Assembly (NCBI GenBank): GCA_965219455.1
Contig: OZ244744.1
Coordinates: forward strand, 2,944,001 to 3,008,000
DNA length: 64,000 bases
Reading direction: 5' to 3'
Source: Candidatus Latescibacterota bacterium
GTDB taxonomy: Bacteria > Latescibacterota > UBA2968 > GCA-2709665
Part shown: in pieces, positions 8,093-18,291 of the stretch
Numbering within the stretch: position 1 is the stretch's first letter
Layout of the letters: each line of letters begins with the position of its first letter
Made by a program: the position numbers and the translations under genes
Notes under the pieces: generated by a model
The model's database searches: none
What the model saw: the letters and a program-made list of their open reading frames with translations, nothing else
Told to the model about the DNA's origin: nothing

Positions 8093-11000
8093 ATGGCTTT
8101 TGCCGTCGATACGTCGCCGCCGCCGGACCGCCACCCGCCGATTACACCCGCCGACGGCGCCGTCGTGGTCCAGAATCCCCCTTCCCTGATCTGGCGCGCA
8201 GATGACAGGGCCACCACGTACATCGTGGAGTTCTGCAGGAATCCCGGCTTCCGGAAGGAGGTCATCCGCTGCACGGGAATCGACATGCCATTTTACAATC
8301 CGTCGATCGAACTGGCCTACGGAACGTGGTACTGGCGATACTTCGCGGTCACCTCCGAAGGCGAGGAATCCCGATCCGGACCGGTCCGCAGCTTTCGCGT
8401 CACAACCGAATCGGTCCCGCTTCCCGTACCCCCGACAGAACACATTCTCGACACAATGCCGGACCACCCGCGCATCTTTGTCACCCCTGAGACCCTGGAT
8501 GGGTTTCGCGCGCGCAGGCATGGTCCCGGCCGCGAGGCATGGCGCCACCTCAAGCACCGGGCGGACGCCCTGGTCCGGAGCGAACCACCCGGCTTCAACC
8601 TGCAATCCGTGCCCGCCAACCTGGGCGAACAGCGCGGTCTGGTCTTTCATTTGAAGAACGACTGCCTTGCGTTCCCGGCCGAATACCAGATCGCCGAACT
8701 CAAGCGAGGCGCCGATAACGTCAATGCGCTCTCGTTCGCGTATCAAATCTCGGGCGACGAAGAATACGCCGAGGCCGCGCGACGCTGGATGGCGTTCCTC
8801 TCCAATCTCCGCGTCGACATCCACCTCGATGACCGTGGGCAGCACGATACCGTTGTCTACTGCTACGAATTCGGGCTGAAGGGGATGGCCCTCGCTTACG
8901 ATCGGCTTTACGCCCTCCTGAATCCCGAAGAACGCGCAAGTGCGCTGGCCCACATCGAATTCCACTGCGAAGCCGCCTACGGGTGGCTCAGAGATGGACT
9001 TCAGATTCACCTGAACTATCAGAATTCCCACGGTCAACAGTGCATGCATGCGCTGCTCACCACGGTCCTGGCGGTTGCCACCGAGACCGTCCGGACCCGG
9101 AAGTGGGCCGACTACCTCATCCGCCAGTACGCCAATCGGGTCGCGTGGGGAAGCAGCGACGGTGGATACACCGAAGGCCAGAAATACGGCCACAAAGTGC
9201 AGTTCATTCTGGAAGCCCTGGCCGCCCTCAGGACCGCAACGGGTCTGGATGTCTTCCGCGAACCCCGGTGGCAGAATACCGGCGCGTTCTGGTCGTACTG
9301 CATGTCCCTCAATTACTGGTGGAACCACTGGGGGGACTGCTATTCCCTGATCGACCCCAACTTCGGCAGCGATGCCGACACCTACGTTTCCGCGTTCCTG
9401 GCCGCGATGACCGGGGATCCCGCGGTCAAGTGGTGGAGCGATACGCGGGTATGCAACCCGGTCCATCTCCCGCTCCAGTACCTCTCCGACGGCGGTGTCT
9501 CATCCAGACCGCCCGTGGATATCGCGCAGGCCCGCCTGTTTCCCGACGTCGGCCAACTCGCCGCGTACGACCGGTTCTACGACCACGGAAGCAGCCGCAT
9601 TTTCTTCCGAAGCAGCCCGTGGGGCGATCACAGCCACGCCCACCAGGACCAGAACGGATTCGTCATCCACGCGGGCGGTGAGATCCTCTGTTGCGATGCG
9701 GGTTATTACACCTATTCAGGTGATACCTACCATTCCCAGTGGAGCCGAACCACGCAGGCGCACAATTCCGTCCTCGTCGATGGCGAAGGCCAGTGCCGGG
9801 GCATTGCCCACAAGGGAAAGATAACGGCTTTTTTCAATACACCCGACGCCTGTTACTTCACCGGAGACGCGTCAGGCGCGTACGGGGAACGGCTCGATAA
9901 GTTCCGCCGCCACGTCCTCTTCATTCGACCGGACGTCTTCGTGATCTGTGACGATCTGAAGGCGCCCGAACCTCGGGAATACACCTGGACGCTCAACACG
10001 TTCGAACGCGCAGACATAGATGAAAGCAGTCAATCCATAACCGTCCGGCAACGGGACCAGCGCCTTCTGGTTCGGCATCTGACGGACGGGCCCCTGAAAT
10101 ACGCCCAGAACAACGACCGGCCGTTTCCGTTGAAAACGCGTGACTGGTGCCGCTTCACCGAAGCCTTCCCCCAGCAATGGAACATCCGCGCCACCACAGA
10201 AAAAAGGGCCAGTGCGCAAATCCTGTCCGTTATGAATACTTTCGGAAAAACGGCGGGGGCGGGTGTCTATGACATCAGCCGGGTCGATGCGGACGGCGCC
10301 GAAGGCGTCTGTTTTCAGTCCGGGAACGGGTCCGAATGCGTGCTTTTCCGGACCCGACGGGGCGGCACCATTGAAGGCGCGGGTATTCAGACCGACGCCC
10401 GGATGGTCAATGTCAACCGCAGCGGGGATCGACTTCAACGCTGGCTGCTGCACGGGGGCACGCGGCTCAGGCTGGAAGGCGAGATTCTGTTGATCGCCGA
10501 TGCGGAATGCGACGCTGCCGCGAACTACAACCCGCGCAGCGCAGGTGCGCGGATCCACGTCCGGCACCAGGCATCCGTACGTCTCGCCATCCGCCTTCCC
10601 CGTGCGCCAGAATCCGTGCATATTTCGCCGCCGGAGCGTCCTCGGAACGCGAAACCGCTCGATTTCAAATGGAATGACGGGAAGGTCGAAATCAAGTTGA
10701 GCGGGGAAGGCGAGGCCGTCCTTTGGATTGACCCTGTCGCAGATTTTTCGACAGCCCCGGAACGGCTTCAACTGGCGCTTACGGACGGCGGAGGGCGCCA
10801 GTCCGTGGGTCTGCAGACAGCCATAGCGGATAACGGGGACGTCATTGCCTTTGCCGAGATTGCGCCGCGTGAGCCGGGCATCTATGAACTCTCCGCCGGT
10901 GACGCGGAATTGCTCGTGCAGGACCGGTGGGACCCGGACATGAGCGCGCACGGGACAGGCCGCGCCACTGCTTGTCTGAGGGAGGGCGCGGAAGTCTTCG

Positions 11001-11515
11001 TCCGATATCCTCGTGCGGGACGACCGCGTCTCCGGGCAACCCTTGTTGAGAGCCACAAGGGCAGACTCGTCAACCTGCTTTGCAATGGCGGCTTTGAAGC
11101 CGGTATCGTGGATTATCCGCCGCGTTACTGGAACGTACAGCATCCCCGTACCCACGACCCCGGCTGGCCGGCATGGAGCACTGAGGACGCCGCGGGCGGC
11201 GGCGCCTGCCTCAAGTTTACGAGGCCCCGGGACCCCATTTCACTCAAAAGCCGCCCGATGCGTCTTCGCACCGCCGGACGCTACCACCTGCGGTTCAAAG
11301 CCAGGGGCTCCGCCACCCATGCGCACGTTTCCGTGTCCGGCCAGCAGGACACCCATCTTGTCGTCCCGATCCAACCCAGCGAGGCGTGGACCGGGTACCG
11401 GGCGGAACTGGATGTCCGACCGGGCTACACAACCGTCTCCATCGCGTTCGATCGAGGAGGAGAGCCCGATCAGGTCCTGTGGATGGACGATATGGAATTC
11501 GGGTATATCGCGTAG
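8093..11515 (+). CDS. DUF4962/heparinase II/III-like polysaccharide lyase with C-terminal carbohydrate-binding-like domain
   Basis: QNPPSLIW N-domain, FRSSPWG-HSHAHQDQNGF, AHNSVLVDG; C-terminal NLLCNGGFE; start chosen at ATG 8093. Confidence 0.8.
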   Translation: MAFAVDTSPPPDRHPPITPADGAVVVQNPPSLIWRADDRATTYIVEFCRNPGFRKEVIRCTGIDMPFYNPSIELAYGTWYWRYFAVTSEGEESRSGPVRSFRVTTESVPLPVPPTEHILDTMPDHPRIFVTPETLDGFRARRHGPGREAWRHLKHRADALVRSEPPGFNLQSVPANLGEQRGLVFHLKNDCLAFPAEYQIAELKRGADNVNALSFAYQISGDEEYAEAARRWMAFLSNLRVDIHLDDRGQHDTVVYCYEFGLKGMALAYDRLYALLNPEERASALAHIEFHCEAAYGWLRDGLQIHLNYQNSHGQQCMHALLTTVLAVATETVRTRKWADYLIRQYANRVAWGSSDGGYTEGQKYGHKVQFILEALAALRTATGLDVFREPRWQNTGAFWSYCMSLNYWWNHWGDCYSLIDPNFGSDADTYVSAFLAAMTGDPAVKWWSDTRVCNPVHLPLQYLSDGGVSSRPPVDIAQARLFPDVGQLAAYDRFYDHGSSRIFFRSSPWGDHSHAHQDQNGFVIHAGGEILCCDAGYYTYSGDTYHSQWSRTTQAHNSVLVDGEGQCRGIAHKGKITAFFNTPDACYFTGDASGAYGERLDKFRRHVLFIRPDVFVICDDLKAPEPREYTWTLNTFERADIDESSQSITVRQRDQRLLVRHLTDGPLKYAQNNDRPFPLKTRDWCRFTEAFPQQWNIRATTEKRASAQILSVMNTFGKTAGAGVYDISRVDADGAEGVCFQSGNGSECVLFRTRRGGTIEGAGIQTDARMVNVNRSGDRLQRWLLHGGTRLRLEGEILLIADAECDAAANYNPRSAGARIHVRHQASVRLAIRLPRAPESVHISPPERPRNAKPLDFKWNDGKVEIKLSGEGEAVLWIDPVADFSTAPERLQLALTDGGGRQSVGLQTAIADNGDVIAFAEIAPREPGIYELSAGDAELLVQDRWDPDMSAHGTGRATACLREGAEVFVRYPRAGRPRLRATLVESHKGRLVNLLCNGGFEAGIVDYPPRYWNVQHPRTHDPGWPAWSTEDAAGGGACLKFTRPRDPISLKSRPMRLRTAGRYHLRFKARGSATHAHVSVSGQQDTHLVVPIQPSEAWTGYRAELDVRPGYTTVSIAFDRGGEPDQVLWMDDMEFGYIA

Positions 11516-11690
11516 GACCTTGTGTCCTGTCCCGGAAATATTTCACCATTCTCCCGCCGATTCATCCCGTCTCGTCGGCCGAATTCAGGCAACCTATTTC
11601 CGGGACAGAACACTAGCCGCTGCCGGCCCCGGCGAACGGGCTTCAGTCCGGATTGCAGCGGATCGACGACGACACGGACGGAGGTATAAC

Positions 11691-12440
11691 TTGAATACGC
11701 CAGTACTGTTTGAAATCTGCGTCGGATCCGCGCAGGGCGCCATTTCCGCGCAGGAGGCCGGCGCAAATCGCGTGGAGTTGTGCGACAACCTGATCGAGGG
11801 CGGCACCACGCCCAGCGGGGGCGCCGTTCAGGTTGCCCGAAAGCATATCGACATCGGACTCAACGTCATCGTTCGGCCGCGCGGGGGAGACTTCTGCTAT
11901 TCCGGGGTGGAGTTCGAAACGATGTTAAGGGACGTCGAACTGGCCGCCGGATGGGGTGCGGACGGGATCGTGATCGGCCTCCTGAATCCGGACGGTTCGA
12001 TAGACGCCGAGCGCACTGGTGTTCTCATCGAACGCATCCGTCCGCTTCCGGTCACGTTTCACCGCGCCTTCGATATGGCCGCCGACCCTCACCGGGCGCT
12101 GGAAGATCTGATTGCGCTTGGCGTTGACAGGGTGTTGACGTCGGGCCGGGAGAATTCCGCGCTCGAAGGCGTCGACCTCATTTCGGATCTGATTAGGAGG
12201 GCCGACGGCCGCATCGCGGTCATGCCCGGCGGCGGGATTACGGAGCGCAACGTCGCGAAAGTCGTGGCCGGTACCGGCGCCAGCGAAATCCACGTCGCCG
12301 CCCGGAGCAGCGTCGCCAGCCGTATGACCTACCGTAATCCGAACGCCTTTATGGGCGGCGAGTTTCGTCCCCCGGAATTCTCGCATGAACTCACCGATGT
12401 CAACCGCATCAAATCCTTCATACAGGCCGCCGGCCGATGA
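11691..12440 (+). CDS. cutC: Copper homeostasis protein CutC
   Basis: FEIC, RVELC, GGTTPS, RPRGGDF, TFHRAFD, LTSG, MPGGG; GGAGG RBS before a TTG start. Confidence 0.93.
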   Translation: MNTPVLFEICVGSAQGAISAQEAGANRVELCDNLIEGGTTPSGGAVQVARKHIDIGLNVIVRPRGGDFCYSGVEFETMLRDVELAAGWGADGIVIGLLNPDGSIDAERTGVLIERIRPLPVTFHRAFDMAADPHRALEDLIALGVDRVLTSGRENSALEGVDLISDLIRRADGRIAVMPGGGITERNVAKVVAGTGASEIHVAARSSVASRMTYRNPNAFMGGEFRPPEFSHELTDVNRIKSFIQAAGR

Positions 12441-12528
12441 TACGGTTCGTCCTTCCCGGCATGTTTTGTTTATCCGGTTTCCGTCCGTAGTCGAACGCGA
12501 ATATTCACTTCATTGAGGAGATTTCACC

Positions 12529-13155
12529 ATGCGCATCATCGCCATTGGCTGTGAATACACCGGAAAAACGACCCTTTTCGACGGTCTCATGCAGTGGGGG
12601 CGTGACCGGGGCATCGTCCACCACCTGGACGACCACTTCAGCATTCCCGACTGCCAGATGCTCAAAACGGAAGGCGACCAGCGAATCATGCTGGGTCTGC
12701 CCGAAGCCATTAAGGAACGTTACCAGCGCTTTCAGCTTGCCTACCACGTTCGGCTGATCAACAAATACGAACACATTCTGCTGGGCGGGTTTCACATCGA
12801 GGAATACATCTACGGCCCCCGGTACTATTACCCCGCCGTCGGCCGTCTTTCCGAAACGCCCAGAGCCTGGGAAGCCGAAATGCCGCGGGACACCATCCTG
12901 GTCCATCTCAAAGCCCGCGCCGATGTCATTGAAAGACGCATGGAGGAAGACCGACATACCTATCACATTGTCCCCAGGGAGGACATCCAGGAGATCCAGG
13001 ATGAATTCCAGGCGGAGTACGGCGCCTGCTGGTTCATGCGCAAATTTGAAATCGATACGTCCGACCTGCCACCGGAAGACCTCCTCCAGGCCTTTCTGGA
13101 TGCATCCGTCCCCTATCTCAACGACCGGGATATGCTCACCCGGATGAACACGTAA
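12529..13155 (+). CDS. P-loop nucleotide-kinase-like protein
   Basis: N-terminal GCEYTGKTT Walker A, LVHLKA...IERR lid-like segment; GAGGAG RBS. Confidence 0.65.
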   Translation: MRIIAIGCEYTGKTTLFDGLMQWGRDRGIVHHLDDHFSIPDCQMLKTEGDQRIMLGLPEAIKERYQRFQLAYHVRLINKYEHILLGGFHIEEYIYGPRYYYPAVGRLSETPRAWEAEMPRDTILVHLKARADVIERRMEEDRHTYHIVPREDIQEIQDEFQAEYGACWFMRKFEIDTSDLPPEDLLQAFLDASVPYLNDRDMLTRMNT

Positions 13156-13190
13156 CTGGTAGATCCCCATAATACGACTTTCCGGACTCC

Positions 13191-13219
13191 TTGACACTGC
13201 ATGGGGGTTTGCGTACTTT
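13191..13219 (+). promoter_or_regulatory. Putative sigma70 promoter
   Basis: TTGACA-17 nt-TACTTT. Confidence 0.5.
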
Positions 13220-13373
13220 TGTCAGATCATCCAAACAGGTATAGCGGTCTTGCGGTGTAATTTCTACGCAAAATGGGTTCATGTTTGTTCATACTACCTA
13301 CCCCGCCAAGACATCACGCATTACGCCCCCATTGAGGAGGGTTGACATCCCCCCACCGCATCAGCCGTCGCCG

Positions 13374-13650
13374 GCCCTTCGACAGGCTCAGGGGACGGGC
13401 TCGGCTTCTGCGACTCCACCTCAAGGGGGGAGTGATTAAACCGTCGAACGGGCTCCGCCGGTCCGGCTGGCAGGGGGCCTGCGACCTGAGCCGCTCCCTG
13501 AGCTTGTCGAAGGGTCGGCGAAGGGCGTTGAAGAGCGACAAACAGGTTACGAAACGCGGACATTTCGACAAGCCGTTTCGACAGGCTCAACGCAAGCAGC
13601 ACAGGCATTGACCACGTTTCGTTCGGCTCGCCTCGACAAGCTTAGCGCTA
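13374..13650. repeat. Cluster of CCCTTCGACAGGCTCAGG-type palindromic repeats (family E)
   Basis: cccttcgacaggctcaggg, ccctgagcttgtcgaaggg and ttcgacaggctcaa copies; also at 30677-30727. Confidence 0.75.
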
Positions 13651-13766
13651 GCAGCGCATGTAACGCGGCGAGACGGGATGAACAGCCCGCAGAATGGTGA
13701 CAAATTTCCGGGCCGGGAAAACAGGGCGAATATCGTACATTTCTTGGAAGTGGAGGAGGCCCTATA

Positions 13767-14006
13767 ATGAATGATCGCATTGTTATTGATCCGTCAATTC
13801 GTCATGGCAAACCGGTGATCAGGGGAACGAGAGTACCTGTACATAGAGTAATCGGGAGTCTCGCGAGTGGATCTGATCCGTTCCAGGTCTGTAAGGAATA
13901 TGCTATCACAGACGAAGATCTCAGAGCGGCGCTCGCTTATGCCGAAGAGTTGGTAGAGCACGAAGAAGCACATCCTCTGCCACGGTCCGGTTGTTTTGTC
14001 TGTTGA
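13767..14006 (+). CDS. DUF433 antitoxin-like protein
   Basis: RIVIDPSIRHGKPVIRGTRVPV...ITDEDLRAALAYA; GGAGG RBS. Confidence 0.88.
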   Translation: MNDRIVIDPSIRHGKPVIRGTRVPVHRVIGSLASGSDPFQVCKEYAITDEDLRAALAYAEELVEHEEAHPLPRSGCFVC

Positions 14007-14116
14007 GGGATCGGACCGGATGTGTCAGGGCTGTTTACTCAAAGCCGAGGAATCCTGAAGACCATGCCAGAGTAATCCGCCGGTCCGTTGAACGGTGCCC
14101 GCACCACGCGATATAG
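13988..14116 (+). pseudogene. C-terminal remnant of a small HicA-like toxin
   Basis: Frame reads RLFCLLRDRTGCVRAVYSKPRNPEDHARVIRRSVERCPHHAI*; no plausible start or N-terminal half seen. Confidence 0.55.
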
Positions 14117-14142
14117 GCGGCAGCTTCGAAAGGATGTACACC

Positions 14143-14397
14143 ATGGCAAAGTACGAGTTTGCCTTGATATTGAAGGTTCAATTCGAACTGACCGAAGAGA
14201 TCGCGGACGAATTGTACAAGGCCGGTTGCGACGATGGATCGCCAGGATTGTGCAACGGGGTTTTCTCAATTGATTTTTTCCGTGAGGGAGATTCTCTTGA
14301 AGCTGCCATTCTCTCGGCAATCGCAGATGTGAAGTCGGCAGGTTACGACGTAGACCGTGCGGAGATCGAAGCAGAAGCCATTGCGCATAGTGTGTAA
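14143..14397 (+). CDS. HicB-like antitoxin/DNA-binding protein N-terminal domain
   Basis: MAKYEFALIL...ADELYKAGCDD...IDFFREGDSLEAAILSAIADV. Confidence 0.65.
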   Translation: MAKYEFALILKVQFELTEEIADELYKAGCDDGSPGLCNGVFSIDFFREGDSLEAAILSAIADVKSAGYDVDRAEIEAEAIAHSV

Positions 14398-14454
14398 CGA
14401 TTTATCCAAGACGATATTTTAAAGAAATCCTGTCTTGAATAGAAAGGAAGTTCT

Positions 14455-15750
14455 GTGGATCTGACTTGCCAACCTCCTCGCCGTCCGTCCAATGTTTCCA
14501 TCGCCGGCATCGTCAACCTCGCGCGCATGGCGGACAAAGCCCGCGCATACAACACGCGGACGCTGGGTGAATTCTTGTACGGCGACGACTCGGGCCTGGA
14601 CAAGATCCTGCTGGATTTTCTGGGCGTCTCACACGACGGCTTTGCCGACGCCGCCGGACGCTATGGCGATTCGGACCTCGGGCGCTGGGTACGGGAGGCT
14701 TCCGATCGGACGGACGAGGAGATCGACGCATTCAATCAGCATCATCTCAAGCGCGAGCCGGACGACGAAGCCGGCAAACAGCGTCTCAAGGATCGCCTTG
14801 AAAAATACGCCCCGGGGCGAACGGATATCGTCACCGTATTCCAGTCCATCGAACTGGACGACTGGGCGGGCTTCAGAGACGCCGACCTCACGCAGCGAGC
14901 TCCGCGGTCGCCGTACCGCCGGGACGTCGCCGGGATCTTCGGCCTCGCGCGGATGGCGGACAAAGCCCGCGCGGACAGGGCCGGGCTGCTGGGCGAATAT
15001 ATCTACAACTGCCCCATCGACCAGGCGATTACCGACTTTCTCGGTTTTGCAGCGGAGGACTACCGGGAAACGGCCTACCTCAATCCGAACGATCTGGAAC
15101 TCGGGGATTGGGTACGGGAACACACCGGCGCAACGTCCGGTGAGATCTCCGAATTCAACTATCGGATCTCCAGGAAGCGTCCGGAGAACGAAAAGGAACG
15201 CACGATCTTCCAATCGGCGCTGAATGACGCCGCGCGGGACCGTACCGACGTTTACACCTGGTTCGACCTGCTCGACCTGGACGACGAAGCATCCTTCGAC
15301 GTCGTGGATCTGTCGCGCCACGCGCCAAGAAGCCCATTCGACGCTTCCGCGGTAGGTATCTACGGCCTCGCCCGGATGATCGACAAAGGCAGGGCGGCGA
15401 TTCACCGGACGCTGGGCGACTACTGGTATGGCGAGGATTCCGGCGTGGACCGTAAGATTGCGGAATTCCTGGGGGTGTCCGCAGGAGACTTTAGCCACGC
15501 ACTCGCAGCCCATCGCACCGATGAAGAGGTCCTTTCCTGGCTCGATACACAGAATAGTAAATCCGAGGCTGAGATCAGCAATTTCAACCGTCAAATCAGC
15601 ACGATTGGACCGAAAGATGGGAAGCGTCAGGCCTGGTACCGCCGGGTAATCGCCGAACTGGATCCGTCCCGCACCGACGTCACGACGTACTTCGCCCTCA
15701 TTGAACTGGACGACACCATCAGTTTTGCCCGCCGTAAGACAGGCGTTTGA
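14455..15750 (+). CDS. Protein of three tandem DUF5069 domains
   Basis: DLT..PRxP...LARM.DK.RA...LG.Y.Y...D.....FLG occurs three times. Confidence 0.8.
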   Translation: MDLTCQPPRRPSNVSIAGIVNLARMADKARAYNTRTLGEFLYGDDSGLDKILLDFLGVSHDGFADAAGRYGDSDLGRWVREASDRTDEEIDAFNQHHLKREPDDEAGKQRLKDRLEKYAPGRTDIVTVFQSIELDDWAGFRDADLTQRAPRSPYRRDVAGIFGLARMADKARADRAGLLGEYIYNCPIDQAITDFLGFAAEDYRETAYLNPNDLELGDWVREHTGATSGEISEFNYRISRKRPENEKERTIFQSALNDAARDRTDVYTWFDLLDLDDEASFDVVDLSRHAPRSPFDASAVGIYGLARMIDKGRAAIHRTLGDYWYGEDSGVDRKIAEFLGVSAGDFSHALAAHRTDEEVLSWLDTQNSKSEAEISNFNRQISTIGPKDGKRQAWYRRVIAELDPSRTDVTTYFALIELDDTISFARRKTGV

Positions 15751-15776
15751 ACCCAATCCGTTGACGTCAGCGCCGT

Positions 15777-15931
15777 GACCTCTCCCCCCGGCCCCCTCTC
15801 CTAAAGGAAAGGGGGAGACAAGCATTGACCCTGCACAATATGACGCCTGGATTTTTTCATCGATCAATCTGTCTTCAACCGACGACAGTTTCCCCCTTCC
15901 TTCAGGAAGGGGGTTAGGGGGTAGGTCTCGC
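15777..15931 (+). repeat. REP-doublet-like element family B
   Basis: Imperfect inverted ends, each a purine/pyrimidine hairpin (ccccctctcctaaaggaaaggggg; cccccttccttcaggaaggggg); copies at 24279 and 25863 in reverse. Confidence 0.85.
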
Positions 15932-16137
15932 GCTCCGCTACGCAATCCACTTCCCGTTTCGCACAACGAGTGCCCATTTGCGGGCGAGTGATAAGGAAAA
16001 GTAACTAACACGGCTTACCTGTTCCTTCTTTCGTCTCCCCGCCTTATTACAACGCAGCGAGAAGGGATGGACCGCCGAAGAATGGTGACATATTTCTTGG
16101 ACAACAGACTAGCCAGGTCCAAAAAAGGAGAACAAAC

Positions 16138-16890
16138 ATGTCCAACCAGGAAGTCACGCTGGCCAAATTCACCCGCAAGGAGTTCCGGGAAGCCCTGGAA
16201 GCCGGTCGGTTCGGAACCGCAATTATTCCAACGGGGAGCAATGAACAGCACCTTGAGCACCTGGCCATGGAATACGATATCCGGGCGGCCACCCACGTGG
16301 CCACCGCGGCCGCCAAAAGGCTCTACCCCCAGGTTGTCGTGAACGTGCCCATGGCGGTCGGCATCTCGGAACATCACATGGTCCATAAGGGTACGGTCAC
16401 CGCCAAACCCGGCAGTTGGCTGTCGGTGCTGTTCGATGCCGTGGAGAGCCTGGTGCGCCACGGCGTCAACAATGTTCTCATCCTGAACGGACACGGTGGC
16501 AACGAAGCCCCCATGATGGGCATCCTCCGGCAGTGGCAACTCTTCTTTCAGATGACGGCGCCGGAGGCCAACGTGCAGTTCCACTCCTACTGGAACCTGA
16601 GTCGCGAAATTGCCGAGCAACACTGCACGAGCAGGGTGCCCGGTCACGCCGGCGAGTACGAAACCGCCATGGCCATGGTCATCTGTCCCGAGAACATCCG
16701 CCACGATGCAATGCAGGAACAGGAAGCCCAGGAGCCTCTGAAAGCGAATGAAGAACTGGGCAAGATTCTGGTTGAAGCCGCGATTCAGAAAACCGTCGAA
16801 TACCTCGAGGGGATGATTGAAGCCGCAAACCGTGAAATGCAGCCCCATGTCTTTTCGAAGGAAATGTACGCCGCGAAGGGGAAGAAATAG
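16138..16890 (+). CDS. Creatininase family amidohydrolase
   Basis: PTGSNEQH, GISEHH, NGHGGN, GHAGEYET. Confidence 0.9.
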   Translation: MSNQEVTLAKFTRKEFREALEAGRFGTAIIPTGSNEQHLEHLAMEYDIRAATHVATAAAKRLYPQVVVNVPMAVGISEHHMVHKGTVTAKPGSWLSVLFDAVESLVRHGVNNVLILNGHGGNEAPMMGILRQWQLFFQMTAPEANVQFHSYWNLSREIAEQHCTSRVPGHAGEYETAMAMVICPENIRHDAMQEQEAQEPLKANEELGKILVEAAIQKTVEYLEGMIEAANREMQPHVFSKEMYAAKGKK

Positions 16891-16925
16891 CCTCCGGGAA
16901 GCGTAACTGCCAGAAAGGATGAACC

Positions 16926-18167
16926 ATGACCGTAGAACGGGCCAGATACGGCGCGGATGCGGCCGCCGGGCTTGCGGGCACGCTGCCCCAACCCTTTCCC
17001 CGCACCATCGGACCCAACGCGATGACCTATCTCCGGGAGGTGGTCGACTCCGGTCTGACGTGCAACATGATCGGGCGATTTGAAGACACATTCGCGGAAG
17101 AGATGGGCGTAAAACACTGCATTGCCACGCCCGGTTGTACGCCCGCCCTGGCCGTTCTGGCCTGCGCGCTGGACTTCGATCCGGGGGATGAGATCATCGT
17201 GAGTTCGGTGACAGACTACGGCACCGTGCAGGGTCTCATAAGAGAGAACTATATCCCCGTTTTCGCGGATACGGACGCGGGTACCCTGGCCATCAGCGCG
17301 GAAACCATCGCACCCTGCATCACGGACCGCACGCGCGCCATTCTCGCCGTGCATATGACCGGGACAATCTGCGATATGGATCCCATCGTGGAACTCGCGG
17401 ACGAACACGGTCTCATCGTTTACGAAGACGCCTGCCAGGCCGTCTTCGGGGAATACAAGGGTCGTCTGGCCGGGTCTCTATCCACAGCGGGCGCGTTCTC
17501 CTTCGACTCCGAGAAAACCATGGGTTCGGACATTGGCGGCTGTGTGGTGACAGACGACGACGACCTGGCTGAGCGCATGCGCTTCATCGGCCACAGCCGC
17601 GGCGGGCAGGTGCTCGCAGGGTTCGGGAGGCAGCACGTTGTCCCCGGATTCGCCCACCGCATGCCCCAATGCACCGCTGCCGTCTCCCTGGCGCAGCTCG
17701 AGATCATCCGTCCCAACGTGCAACAGCGCGACGGGATGATCCGCCTGCTCACGGAGAGACTCGAGGAAATCCCCGGCATCACTCCACTTCCCATCCCGGA
17801 CTACATGAACGTCTATTCCTGCTGGATGGCCGGTTTCAGCATCGACCCCGACGCGTTCGTCTGCACGCCGGACGCGTTTGCGCAACAGGTCGCGGATGGG
17901 GGTATCCCGGGCGCGGGCACGGGTCGCTATTACTTGTTACCCGCGGCCTTGCCCTTTCTTACCGAAAAGGCGGAAAAGAAGCTGCATCCCTATTCAACGC
18001 CCCCCGCTTCCAGGGAATATTCGTACAACGGGGATACCTGCCCCAATGCACAGACCTTCCTGGAATCCTTCGTTCGCTGGTCGTCGTTCTGCGAACGCTA
18101 TGAACCCGAACACTGCGAACTCGCCGAGCAGATCGTCCGGGAAGTGGCCGATCACAATCGCGCGTAG
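16926..18167 (+). CDS. DegT/DnrJ/EryC1/StrS PLP aminotransferase
   Basis: EDACQA, FSFDSEK (PLP Lys), GG-VVTDD. Confidence 0.9.
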   Translation: MTVERARYGADAAAGLAGTLPQPFPRTIGPNAMTYLREVVDSGLTCNMIGRFEDTFAEEMGVKHCIATPGCTPALAVLACALDFDPGDEIIVSSVTDYGTVQGLIRENYIPVFADTDAGTLAISAETIAPCITDRTRAILAVHMTGTICDMDPIVELADEHGLIVYEDACQAVFGEYKGRLAGSLSTAGAFSFDSEKTMGSDIGGCVVTDDDDLAERMRFIGHSRGGQVLAGFGRQHVVPGFAHRMPQCTAAVSLAQLEIIRPNVQQRDGMIRLLTERLEEIPGITPLPIPDYMNVYSCWMAGFSIDPDAFVCTPDAFAQQVADGGIPGAGTGRYYLLPAALPFLTEKAEKKLHPYSTPPASREYSYNGDTCPNAQTFLESFVRWSSFCERYEPEHCELAEQIVREVADHNRA

Positions 18168-18181
18168 AGGCGTTGCCCGTC

Positions 18182-18291
18182 GCACAAAGGCGCCCGTCGA
18201 CGCCACTGAGGTGGTTCGTGGAAAAACCGGCCCCGCGCCGAGCGGCGCCCTTCTTTTTCGCCCTTTTTCTTGGCGAAGCAAGAAAAAGGGC
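18182..18291 (+). repeat. Family A, 3' half copy
   Basis: ttcgtggaaaaaccggccccgcgccgagcggcg plus 13-bp hairpin gccctttttcttg/caagaaaaagggc. Confidence 0.8.

Noticed and set aside
13258-13270. Cas12a-like repeat start AATTTCTAC
   Set aside because: Single occurrence, no downstream GTAGAT arm, no cas genes
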